DNA from: Lepidodermella squamata
Lineage: Eukaryota > Animalia > Gastrotricha
Length of the DNA stretch: 64,000 nt
NCBI GenBank assembly: GCA_047495785.1
Contig: JBLDXI010000013.1
Coordinates: forward strand, 868,001-932,000
Direction: 5' to 3'
This document shows, one piece after another, positions 1 through 12,449 of this stretch. The notes beneath the pieces are model-generated. The model ran no database searches and was not told where the DNA came from. It saw only the letters and a list, made by a program, of their open reading frames with translations. Every line of letters begins with the position of its first letter. Position 1 is the first letter of the stretch. Position numbers and translations under genes: made by a program.

Positions 1-1281
1 GACGATCATGAGGGGCAGAATGATGAAGCCGATGGTAAGATCGCTCATCAACTGCTTCTCAGGCTTAACCAATATATCATTCACGATCGTATCGTTGCCA
101 ACAGTCGTTATGTTTCGCTTAATCAGCGCGAAAGGTGGTATGTCGAAATTCATCATGCCAGGTTTGATATAGCCGACCAAGCTCGCGCCAATGTTGCCGT
201 CATTTGCCTTATAAAGGCCATAAGCGATACCGGTTGACAAAATGAAAAGAAAAACGTTTTTGCCTGTGAAATGAATGCTTGAAAAATTGCCGATAGGATG
301 AAGATGGCCAACTTACAAGCACACATGAATCGCATGATATTGATGACCTTGGCAAACTTGGCCTTCTTCTCCTCGGTTTCGAGCTTTATGCATTTGTGGC
401 CGATAAGTTCTGCTATTCTTGGTAAATTCTGCATTAGCATCAGAAAGCCAATCGATGCGAAACCAAAGGCAATGTCACTTTTGCTATAAGGGATGAAAAT
501 TTGTCATTTGATGATCTTTAACCTGAAAAATCGCTTACTTCACTTTTGGCCCATAATCTACAACATTTTTTATGTGTTTGACAAAAACACCTGGAATGGA
601 GGCCGGGTTCTTTTTCAATCCGAAGATGCTCTAAAAAAACTTTATTACTATTTAGGCCGAATAAATTGAAGCAGACAAACCTTCAATTGACTGGCTGTAT
701 AGCAAATATTAAAAAAAAACCTTTAATTTTGGTAAAAAAAAATGTGTAAATCACTTGCCTGTGATTGTGATACCAGCGGCTGTCATGAAACCTGAAACAA
801 CAGGAATCGAGAAGAGATTGACGATGAACCCGAGTTTGAAAATAGCCATTAGCAACAAAGCAACGCCTGTGATCAGTGCCAAGATAGTCGCACATGTTGG
901 ATCGCCGTCATCGTCGTCGTAATTAGGGTTAGCCCCTGACGCTATTTGACCCGTAATCATGCAAATGACAGCATCGGGACCAATAGATGCGTCTTTGGAT
1001 GTTCCCATTAGAATGTAGATAAACTGGCCGATGATTGACGAGTGAAGACCGACTTCGGGGCGGAGGTTGGCAAGGGAGCCATACGCCAAACACTGCGGCA
1101 CCATGGTGATGCCGACAGTCAGACCGGCTACGATGTCATAATAGAAGTCCTCGCGGGTGTATTTCGGCAGCCAAACTAAAATCGGAAACAGGCGCCGTAA
1201 TTCGACGAGAACTTTTTCGCGTGTGAACGAATTTTTGATATCAGTCTTGGCCTGATCGAATCGCTCGTACAAGCGATGCAT
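1..1281 (-). CDS. SLC26A11-like sodium-independent sulfate/anion transporter, copy 1 (5' part; runs off the left edge)
   Basis: SLC26 N-terminal motifs DIVAGLTVGITMVPQCLAYG, GTSKDASIGP, PVVSGFMTAAG. Further spliced exons at 694-681, about 630-540 and 482-1. Confidence 0.9.
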
Positions 1282-2381
1282 TCACCGAGCTGAAATACTG
1301 AGGAATAGCTTGCCAAGAATCAGTTAAAAATATCTAAAAAATGCCGGATCAAACAAAATAATCAATGAACCATATAGATAACGTCATAACATCTTCCTTA
1401 TTGTTCTCAGCATTTCAGCGTGACCAATACCTGAGCACTGATAAATAGATTACCTCTACTATAAATGCAACGGTTGATGAGTCATCATTGATGATGCTCA
1501 TCTCGCCAAAATCAGAAAATGTCGAACTCTTGATCATCCGCCAAAAACCATGGAAACTATCTGGAACTGATGTGATATACGTGTTCCGCGGTAATGACCA
1601 GTTTATCTGCAGTGTCAGGTGATTGGCGTGACCAGATAATTTCCCCAGGTGCATTCTACCCACCAACTATGTCAATTTAGTGGCGCGACTGTTGCGGGCC
1701 GCCTCTCGCGCATTCGAGGAGCTCGCAAAAATGCTAATTTTTTGTCGCTCGCCGTTTTCCCGGTATCCATTTATAAACCACCATCAGTACTGTAATGCTT
1801 CATATGAGTGTGAAACTATATATTATGGCCTGATAAACCAAGTCATGTAACCTTATTTAATTTTGCTGCACACCTTGATGTAAAACCACGGTAAAATTAT
1901 ACGTGCCTGCATTTTACTTGAGATATTTTTAGGTGACCTTCTTGATCGATTGAACACGATTGGAGCACACAGCTACGCTATAAACTTGGCAGCTGAATTC
2001 AGTCTGAGAAAACCAGTTCATTCAGCTGTGCGTGTGTGAGTAAAGTTTTGGCCCAATTTTAAAAGCTTCCAGAATATTCTCACGATTAAAAATTCCGTTT
2101 ATAAATTCATAAAAAAAGAAAGTTTAGAAATGAAAGCAAAACGAAATATTTTTTATAAACCCTCCATTTTATTTTAATTACACAGCTGATTCAAGAATGT
2201 AGGCTCAATTTTATTGATATAATAATGATGGCATTACGGACGAAAAATTACGAATAATTTCCAATAAAATTAAAAATCATACAACGCAACTAGTCAACTA
2301 ATGGAAATGAATCAGAGAAACCAAAATTTCCGAAAAAGTTAATGCTCAAAGTAATGACTATGAAAGTCAGCACAGTCCGAA

Positions 2382-5178
2382 TTAAACTTCTTGCTCCCGA
2401 CTAAATCTTCTCAGAAATTTCACGACAGCAACAGGAGTCGGAGGACGTGAGGGTGGCCGGCTATTATTACTGGTGGCACCCCGCGAAGACGACCCTCGTC
2501 TACTATTAGCTGCTGAGGAGCCAGGCAGATTAGCCTCAGCCACGGCATTTGCCACGAATTGAAAAGTCGCAACGGATGCATTGTCGTCATCATCGCTACT
2601 ACTGCCAGCACCCGGGCTGCTGTCTCGCTCAATCGCTGTTTTATCAGTCGTTTCACGAGGTTTCGCACGTCGGTTCTTCGATCGCGGCTTCTGCCTCGTC
2701 TCATCCGGCTCGTCAACATCGTCGCCGTAGTCATCGCCACCGTGACCAACGCCCATCGGAATATCCTCGTAAAATTGCGGCTGGCGGCTGAGTCGGCGGT
2801 GAATCACCCGATCAGCGTGCATCTCTTCCAAATTCAGCACATCGGCCTTGCGCCGCTCTTCGTCCGTTACTGGCTGGCGAGTCACCTGGTCTTGCAACTT
2901 CCCAGCAACAGTCTCTTGCTGATTCATCAACCATTGAATCTTATTATACTCTGTAATTGCCTCCTCAACAGAAGGTGCGCATCTGAAGTTTTCCAACCCG
3001 ATATCTTCCAACTTCCGGCGCATCGACTCGTTCAAATTCGAGAAAACAAGATTCCTTTTCTGCTTTATCGCCAAGCATAGCATGCGTCGGAAGCACTGGA
3101 TGCCAGTGTAATCGGTACCCGTTACCAGCTTGCAGTCGACAACAATATGTGTAGCATCGTTATTGCGAGCAAGAGCTCTTTCGAAACGGTCACTTAACTT
3201 GTCAGAAGATGGGTATTTCAACCCGACTGGTAGACGTATAATTAGTGAAACATTACCAGGCGCTTCCCCACCTAGAGGAACGCGTCTCACCCTTAAATGC
3301 ATTTTAATCGATGGCGTTAAATAGATGCAAAGTTGGAACAGGAAGGCTGTTAGCAGGCCGTAGGTCATGTCGTATAGGAAGCAAGTCAAGAAGGTGTAGA
3401 CAAAGACTATAACGTCCTTAGGGTACTCCTTCCACATGAGCTTCACCACTGAAAAATCGATGAAATTCAGCCCAGCGCCGATGATAACAGCGGCAATTGG
3501 TGGCCGAGGCGAGTAGACGAAAAACTCGCTGCCGACAGCGATGAAAATCAGCGCAGTTGAACCGGCGATGAAAGAAGCCAGTGGTGTTTTAGCTTTTAGC
3601 TGACTCATCAGAGCCATTCGTGGAGCGGCATTCGTCGTCGGGATACCGCCTATGAAGCTGTGTGCAAAGTTGGCAACACCTGGTGACAAAATCTTAAAGA
3701 TTTTAAAGATTTAGATCGAAATAATTTACCGACAGCACACATTTCTTGCATAGGATCTACTTTGTAGCCATTAGTTCGAGACAGTGACTTCAAGGTGTTA
3801 ATCATCTCAAGCGCAACAACCCATGGCAGAACAAGGAAACCTATCGTGAGCGCTTCGAAAATAGCCCCCGGGCCTCGAATTAAATTAGGCCCTTCGGCCG
3901 GCAGGCTTTCGTTGTAAACTTGGTAGAATTTCGGGGGTTGAATCTGAGGCAGGCCAAGGTTGAAATTTCGATCGACAATCGTATAGTGAAATGTCCCTTT
4001 CGGGTAAGATCGTTGCAAGTACATCGAAACGCCAGTAGTCACCATAAATACAACAGCATTGCGAGCTATTTAAATAGCGAATTTTTCCAAGGTATAAAAT
4101 TTAAAATTTAAAACCTACTAGCTGCGATCAGAATAATTCCCCGTTGAACTTTTGGGTGCTTCAAAAACTTTGCAATCGGTCCTTGATTCTTCAAACATTT
4201 AGAGGCTATCATATCGACAAAAGGCGGGAGGCGTTGGATTAGGATAATGTAAACCAATGATGGTATGCCGAAAGCCAGATCCAAGGGTCTGAAAATAATC
4301 GAAATAGGGATTTTTATATTTAAAGAAGAACTTGAAATACTTGATGTAATTCCAATTGTCGAACACGTTCTTAATTTGCTTAACGAGCACTCCGGGTGGA
4401 ACCATAGGATTCCGAGGTAGCCCGAAAAAATTGCGAAGCTGTGAGCATGGAACAGCAAAGCCGGCGGCAGCCATGAACCCTGAGACGACAGGTATTGAGA
4501 ATAAATTGTAGAGGTAGCTGAGTTGTAGCGCTCCCCAGACTGTCAGCACAATGCCGATAATAAATGATAGCAGCGTTGTGTAGGTCGAATCGGCAATGGC
4601 ATACAGCGGATTGTGCTGGGCGTTAAATTCGCCAGTGATCACGGCAATAATGGGAGACGGTCCGATAGACGCGTCTACCGAGCATGTTCACGTGTTTAAA
4701 AATTAAAATATTGTAAATTGAATATTACCCTTCGAAGTTCCCATTGCAACATAAATTAGCTGTCCCAGAAAAGTTGCAGCGAGACCATTCTAAAATTTGG
4801 CATTTCATATCAGGCAATTATTCCACGGTTAATTTTCTCGTTACGTGTGGTTTAACACCGGTCATCGAGCCCGCTGCGAGGCATTGAGGCAAAACTGTTA
4901 TTCCTATTTTGTTAAAATTTAAAGAGCATGTTTGACAAATCGAGTCGCTAATGTAAACTAACCAACGATAATACCAGCGATAAGATCGAACCGTAGATAT
5001 TGAAGTCTATTATAGGGGCGATGTGAATAAGACATTCAAATCTTTCAACAAGGTGTTACTTGTATTTCGTTATCCAAGTCGCAATAGGAAAAAGGCGTAG
5101 CAGTTGAGCACGAAGTTTCGAATCCTTTTGATTAGACGTAGGGCGTGGCTTTTGTTCACCAGCCGCAGGAGCCGACAT
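2382..5178 (-). CDS. SLC26A11-like anion transporter, copy 2 (multi-exon; STAS domain and long low-complexity C-tail)
   Basis: ATG at 5178 (MSAPAAGE..LRLFPIATW); DLIAGIIV|GITVLPQCL; GTSK|DASIGP; PVVSGFMAAAG; GYKVDPMQE; STAS-like IVVDCKLVTGTDYTGIQ; stop at 2382. Confidence 0.88.
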
Positions 5179-5531
5179 TTGAGTGGAAATATGCCAGAGT
5201 AAATTTATTAGGATTTTCTCGTAATTTAAAAGCTTTGCAATGCAGGGTAGCCCTGGCGGCTGCGAGCAGCAAAATGAACCAGTAGTGATTGTAATTCATG
5301 CGCGCAATCTCGCCGTAAAGCTGGCCATTGGTTTGTCGAGCATTGCAAAATGCAATCATCACACGCATGAAATAGTGTTTAGTTTATTTTAGACTTCGAG
5401 TCGAGACATTACCTGTAGATAACTCACCACATTATCTTTATTATTGCGTTTCAAGTATGCAAAAAATTAAGTTTTTTATTGCGTAGTCTTGGATATCAGT
5501 AAAATGGGATGTTAAACGATTTATGGACAAG

Positions 5532-8500
5532 TTATGAGGATCCTTTAGTAGTCGTTGATCGACGTCTGCTGGTTCCAGCATTCGTCAATGGTTTTGTGGT
5601 AGAGGTGGCGGCAGCTATTTTCCGAGTAGCGCCTTGCACAGGCTTCGTCGTTGCGGCAGCATTTGCCTTTCTCGTGGTGCCTGGCTTTTTCGTCGAAACT
5701 TTGCTGTAGCGATTGTAGCGCCTAGACTTGGTCGGATCGGCTATTGTTTCCATTATCCAGCTCAAGAATTTACAGGGCCTGAACAAACAATTTTAAAAGC
5801 TGACGATTTTTACATGGAATATTGCATTACTTCGTGTAGACTCCTATGAAAAACAAAAATTAATGAAAATTAGTTGAATTGATTGAAACTCGCTTTACCG
5901 TAGAGATTTTTCTGCGCACAACCATAGCCATACGAGGTCTGAAATGACAATAAACTAGTATAAGCTAGTTATCTTTTGAGTTGAGTCATCCTTACAGCTC
6001 CATGGAGGTAATACGGAGCGTTTTCATTGGTGACATCCTCGTGTTTGCGGCAAGCTAAGGGTCCTCCGGAGTCACCCTGGCAAGCATCGGTACCTAGTAA
6101 TAAAATACACTATAAAGTTGTGACAATCAATGGCGCAGAAACAGAAATTACCGCCCTCGGCATAACCAGCACATGCCTGAATATTCAGTAAAAATTGTAT
6201 GATTATAAATTGATTCGACTGAATGTCATACCATTGAATCTACGATGATATCGGGCTTCCCTTCTTCCGTATAGCCAGCCTGGCATGTTTCCTTTGAAAC
6301 ATACGGCACGATAGCCTTTTGGAGAATTTCCGCGGCTTGACCGTTCTGAACCGTTGTACCCCAGCCTTGAAGATTGTCATTAGGAATCGACGATAAAAAA
6401 AAGATTAAATTTATCACCTGAAATCAGGCAAGGATCTCCGGCGTTAGCTTCACTGGAGCATTCAGAATCCAGCATACAGATGGGTCGAATTTTCTCGCTG
6501 AAGGTGACCGGAACTAGAAATATACATTTTCAGCTGCAATAAATAACCTTAAAAGACAAAGTTACGTTTCAATTTGACGAGAGCAATATCGTTGTTATGG
6601 TTAGCCTCGTTATATTGAGGATGTGCCAGCCACATTTCAGCGTCAATGTAGAGCTCATCCTCTATTTGTTTACTTTGGTATTGCGAACCCACGGCAACTT
6701 TAATACTTTGAAAGAAAAAAATCTTTGAATTTTAGTATTAATTGATAAGTACATACCCATTAGCCGTCGCCTCAGGATCCATGCAATGCGCAGCAGTTAC
6801 AACCCATTCTTTGTTTATAAGGGATCTTTCAAGTGTTCGAAGCCAATTATCATCCTCAGTCGCATTAAAAAAAACTTACCCGCCACATAAAGATGGTCCT
6901 ATATCGAGTCGAACTGTAAGAAAATCATGAAGTGCCGAGTTTTATATGCTGGCAATCAATTTGATCTCACCTTGCCATGGCAATTCATTAGGATCAGCGT
7001 CCTTGCCGTTCACGATGGACTGCATGTTCCGATTGCGGGAAGATGTAGAATTCCGCTTAGATGTAATCAAGTTTCGAAGTAGTGTTCGAAGACCCTGTTG
7101 TTGCTTGACGTTCGCCAACCCACATTCTGTTGAAAAATCATGGCATAAGTATAAAATTATTCCAACTAAAGCAATAATGCATACGCGGGTCATTTTCCCA
7201 AGCAGTCGGTATAGGTGAGGGATCAGTTGCTGGGGTATCAGCGGTTGTTTCAGTGGTTTCCGATGGCGGTGTGTCAGTTGGTGTCTCAGAGGTTGTTGTT
7301 GTAGTAGTAACAGGTGTTGTGCGTTTGTTGAGCCCGGTGATCGAATCGATCCAAGTTCGAACCGCACACGGTCTCGTGTAAATCGAGTAGAACCCGTTGG
7401 CCCCACATTTGTCTACGACAGATTTCACTCCTGATAGATAGTACCTATCATCCGTAACGCTTGGTGGTATACAGGCCAGCGGACCACCGTCATCTCCTTT
7501 ACAGGTATCGATAGCCGTAGTAGTATCGCCAGCACAAACCATGTTATCGGTCAAAGGCCGCCGAATGCCATACTTTCGGAGTCCGCTTTTGCATGTTTCT
7601 TCAGAAACAATTTGAACTTCGGCTCTTTGAAGCTTTGTTTGGATTTTAGAAGATTCGATTGACGCAGTACCCCAACCGCTGATAATTGCTATTTAATGAT
7701 GGATCATTAGATCTTATCCTACAGCTTTTCGAAAACAAACCGGTTTTTCCCTCGTCGCAGTCGCTTGAGCAGGATTTTGGTAAACAAATAGGCTGCACGT
7801 CATCGCAAAATACCAAGGGCTCTGAAGAAATCGATGTGAAAAATCAATGGATAGAAGTGACGGATTACGAACTTCGCAGCTCTATCAAAGCTATGTCGTA
7901 ATCGTAGGTCGTATCATTGTATCTTGGATGTTTGGAGAATCCAGCCGTTTCTGCACGTTGAGCTTTGTTGGTATCCGCTGACATTTCACTTCCGGCGTAG
8001 TAAACATTAATTGAAGCACCTTTAAAACATGGATAATAATTGAACCAAAGCAAAATCTGTAACTTACCAGTTTCCAGGCAGTGAGCAGCTAGCGCGAAAA
8101 AATTGTATAGAGAACCTTGAATAACACGTTTTCAAAGATTCATACCCGTTATGACCCACTTTGCATCAATAATTGATCCACCACATAGTTTTATTCTTCC
8201 TGTTTGACCGCTCTTAACTTCGACTCTGGCCATCCATCTATAAGAACAAATCTACGATGCCAACATAGAGATAACTAGTCGAATAAATTACGGAACGTCC
8301 GTCGCTTCGGCTGAAGTGCCTCCAAGCAAGCTGTTGGTATTCTGAACACCGGCCACTGCGCTAGCGGTCAATCCACACGATCCAGCGGGAATAGTTTGTT
8401 GTTCACATTTTGACCTCGGAGGAGGAGGCGGCGGAGGTGGATCAATTATCACTGTGGGTTCTGTCGCTTTTTTAACCTCGGGTGGAGAGGTTGGAGGAGT

Positions 8501-8618
8501 CGAAATGCACCCCAAGCTTCTCTCTATAATCGTTCATTAAATACAATCAGTTATCGATTTGAGATCTAGCTAAATTACCGATCAACAAAGCTGTTGCGTA
8601 AAGTATGACGAGATTCAT
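5532..8618 (-). CDS. Secreted two-domain trypsin-family protein A: inactive domain 1, active domain 2
   Basis: Signal peptide MNLVILYATALLI. Domain 1: [24 protein letters not shown]. Domain 2: [27 protein letters not shown]. Basic Thr-rich tail. Short GT-AG introns. Confidence 0.88.
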
Positions 8619-8948
8619 GACAGAAATGCGAAGTGAAGCTCATACAGGATGTTAACAGGCTACAACAGCTTTATAACGCCTCATTTTGTAAAAGCGGACG
8701 CTCGCGAAAATCGTGTATGCAGCAAAGGACTAATACGTGCCGGCTTACAGCATGTAAGCTCAAAGAAAACTGTACACACACGTTCTTTTTTCAACTGCTC
8801 GCCCCAACTCACAGAGGATCTATCCGGAAAGTAGAAAATAGCTCGTTGATGTTCTGCCAGTGTTTTATTCAACTCCAAGAATGAAAACACCACATGAAAA
8901 ATGTTTAGCTATCACTTGAATATAAAGCATCAATCAATAAAGCTTCCG

Positions 8949-11900
8949 CTACGGCGCGTTTGTTGCTGTTCGGCGCCTAGAAGTCGCTTGTTTGTTGATA
9001 GTCGTTGTAGGTTTGTTTGTTCTCGGTGATGTTGATGGCCGCTTCGGGGTTGAATTGGCAGGCCTCACACTGCTTGCTGCACGCCCAGAAGGCTTTCCAG
9101 TTACAATGAACCTGTGGCCGTTTCGAAGTGAGTTGCCTCCACTCGATTGAATGGTTTGCGTTATCCAGTCCATGAATAGACACGGTCTGACAGTACGCGT
9201 TCAATAAAATGCGCAAAACGCGAAACCAAATTTTACCTGGTGTAGATGCCTTGAAAAACATATATCAATAACCGTCTTGTTAAATTTGAAAAAATCTGAA
9301 GCACCTACCGTATAAGTTACTCGTAGCGCCGCAGGTGTGGCCTGTCGTTGTCTGTATTAGAAACAATAAAAGCCTGATTCCGTGATACGTGAATGTAGCA
9401 GCTTACGATTCCACTCAAATAAAATTTTCCAGCTTCCGAATCCTTGTTACACAGCAATGGTCCGCCAATGTCACCTTGGCATGCATGGATTCCTGTACCA
9501 AAATAAGGAATATTCTTGCTAAAGGAAAACCGAGATGGTGAACTATTTTACCTCCGCTGTCATAGCCCGCACAAATTTGGGTTTCTTGTATGTCGAAATC
9601 GAATACTGTTCTTGTCTGCAATCCGTCTTGGCAGGATTCTTTCGAAACCAAAGGCACCGGGGCTTTCTGCAGCTTGTTTGACGGGGCTCCTCCATCTTCG
9701 CTAGATCCCCATCCGGCTATGTAGCACAGATCTCCTGGCGTAGCTTGACCGCTACATTCCTTATCATATAGGCAAATTGGCTTGATTTTATCGCCAAACG
9801 TCACAGCCTCTGTATGGAAATGAAATTTATCCAAGTTTCAGACTCTCCCATTGTCCTAACTTGGACGAACACTAACGTTTCAGTTTGATGAGTCCTATGT
9901 CGTTGAAGAGATTTACGCGGTCGTAGTCAGGATGAGCGAACCATGTAGTCACTTGCTGCGAGATTTCACCGTCAGCTGTCGAATCTCTCGCAACAGATCC
10001 CATATAAACAGTGACTCTGATCAAAAAGTTGGAAAGATTTAAGATGGCAGCAGAGAATTTCAAGCGAAATTTACCCTGCTGATGTGCGGTCAGCGTCCAG
10101 ACAGTAAGCAGCTGGCAAAGAATTCGGATTGTATTTGTATGGCGCAAGTTTTTAAAACTTACAAGTGATTATCCAATTCTCGGAAATCAAAGATCTGCGA
10201 CATGATAGTTAACTATAAAATCACTCTTCATCTTTAAAAGAACTCACCCTCCGCAAACATTGTCACCCGACTCGATGCGCACTGATTAGTGAATGGAACA
10301 GTTAAAAGCGACAGAGGATTAATCCAAGTTTAGTTACCCAGCCATGGATATTCATTATTAATCGCCTCCTCGCCATTGCCGATACGATTATTTCCTCTCC
10401 TCTGCCCAGCTCTTTTCACCGTTGTTGATGTTGGTCTTTTTGTTGTAGACGCAACACGTTGGTTCTTCGCTACGGAGTTTGCAGAGTTAGGAACTCCACA
10501 TGCTGAAACAGCGAAATAATGGAATTTAGTTCTCTCATTATCGGAAAGGTGGAATGGACGATTTATGTCATACTAATTTCGATTACTAACTAGCAATATT
10601 CTGCCACTGAAGAGGCGTCGTTGGAGAGTTGGTGGAGTCTCCGCCTCCAGGCGTCGTCGCTGTTTGCTCTGTTACTGCATCGGTTGGCGGTGCCGAATCG
10701 GGTGTTGTGCCTTGAGAGTCGTTTGGATCGTACGTGATAACATCAGAAGGCGTCGTTTTTGTCTGACTTGTCCCACCGGTAGGTAATCGAGGTGTCGACG
10801 CGCCGGCTTTCAGCTCCGGAGCAACGGATTCAATCCATGCCATGACTTCGCAGGGTCGGGTGTAGGTCGAATAGAAACCAGGCGAACCACAGCGATCGAC
10901 AACCGATTTCACTCCACTTAGGTAATAATTGTCGGTTGAGACGCTAGGAGGGATGCACGCCAGCGGGCCCCCGTCATCACCCTTACAAGTGTCAGCTCCA
11001 TTTGCTACATCACCGGCACATACCATTCTGTCGGTGATGTTCCTCTTGATGTTATACTTCTTGTAACCGCCTGCACAAGTGTCTTCGGAAACGATTTGGA
11101 CATTTGCCATTTGCAAGGTTGCTTGAGTCTTCGTTGAATCGGCTGATTTAGTTCCCCAGCCACTGATGATTGCTAGAAGAATAAATGAGATCGGGTTGGC
11201 ACTTTAAAATTAGCCTTCGACGCCTCACCTGTCGATCCGGCGTCACAGTCCGACGAGCATGATCTTGCCAAGCATATCGGTTGAACGTTATCCGTAAAAA
11301 CCAATGGCTCTACGTAAGTAAGAGATAACCAAATGTTTGCTATATGCAATCTTCAATTCCTACTTCGGAGTTCTATCAATGCGACGTTATAGTCTCTTGT
11401 TATGGCGTTGTAGCGGGGATTTCTCTGAATAGAGCTAACGTCGGCTTTGTAAGCTGCATTGCTCTCCGCAGAGATTGTTGACCCACCGTAGAAAACAGTT
11501 ACACTGGCATCTTTAAGATCGTTTTTTGAAATTCTGAATCCATAGTATTATTTCACTTGGCTTTCTTACCACTAGTGACGCAGTGTGCAGCTTTATAAGG
11601 CAAAAAAATGAACATGGGAATTTATTGAAAAATTTGCCAAGTCATTTACCGGTAATAATCCATCTTGAACTGATGATCGAGCCACCACACAGGGTTACTT
11701 TCCCTGATGTTGAACTTTTCACCTCCAACCTAACTTGCCACCTGTAAACAAAATCCTCATTAGATCAAGGATCGATGCGATGTAAGGAGATTAACGGAAC
11801 GTCAGCTATATCAGCAGCGGAACCTGCCAAGATGGCCTGAGCTGGAGCTGCGCCAGAAGCTGCAGCCGCTGTTAGGCCACACGAGCCCGCAGGTATTACA

Positions 11901-12139
11901 GTTGATTCAGCGACGGCTGGGGCAACTTTCCCAGGAGCTGACGGCTCCACGGTAACAGCGGGAGCTGGTGCTTCTCGCGGAGCTTGAGTAGGAGGAGTTT
12001 TAGCCGGTTGGCAGGATTCCAATCCTATGTAGAATAATCATTGTCTTAATCAAAGCCTGTTAGAGTTCGATTTCAATTCACCAGTTGGAAGTGACAGAAA
12101 CACCAAGACGATGCAAGGAAACAAGCTACTGGTAGACAT
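8949..12139 (-). CDS. Secreted two-domain serine protease homolog B: both domains inactive
   Basis: Signal peptide MSTSSLFPCIVLVFLSLPT. Domain 1: [21 protein letters not shown]. Domain 2: TSAYC, NDIGLIKL, HACQGDIGGP. Confidence 0.86.
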
Positions 12140-12449
12140 CCCTTTGTCAATCCAGTTGCTGTTTTTCAGTTAATACATATGCTCGCCTTGTTAGCGAAGT
12201 ACTTAAAGTATTAAATTCTTGACAGAATCACGCTTTCCCCCGCCGTAATATGAACGTGTAGTAGTTTTCGTGACGTGCGGCATGAGTATGGACCGTTACA
12301 ACAACATCTAACATCCGTTCTAGCAAGGTTGGCTATGGTACAGGGTTCCGCTCTTTTATTTTCAAAGTCAAGCCCTCTATAATTTGTAATGTAATTAAAA
12401 GCATGACGATAAAACACGTCATTCCAATTAGCGTTAGTTTTCGATTTTT

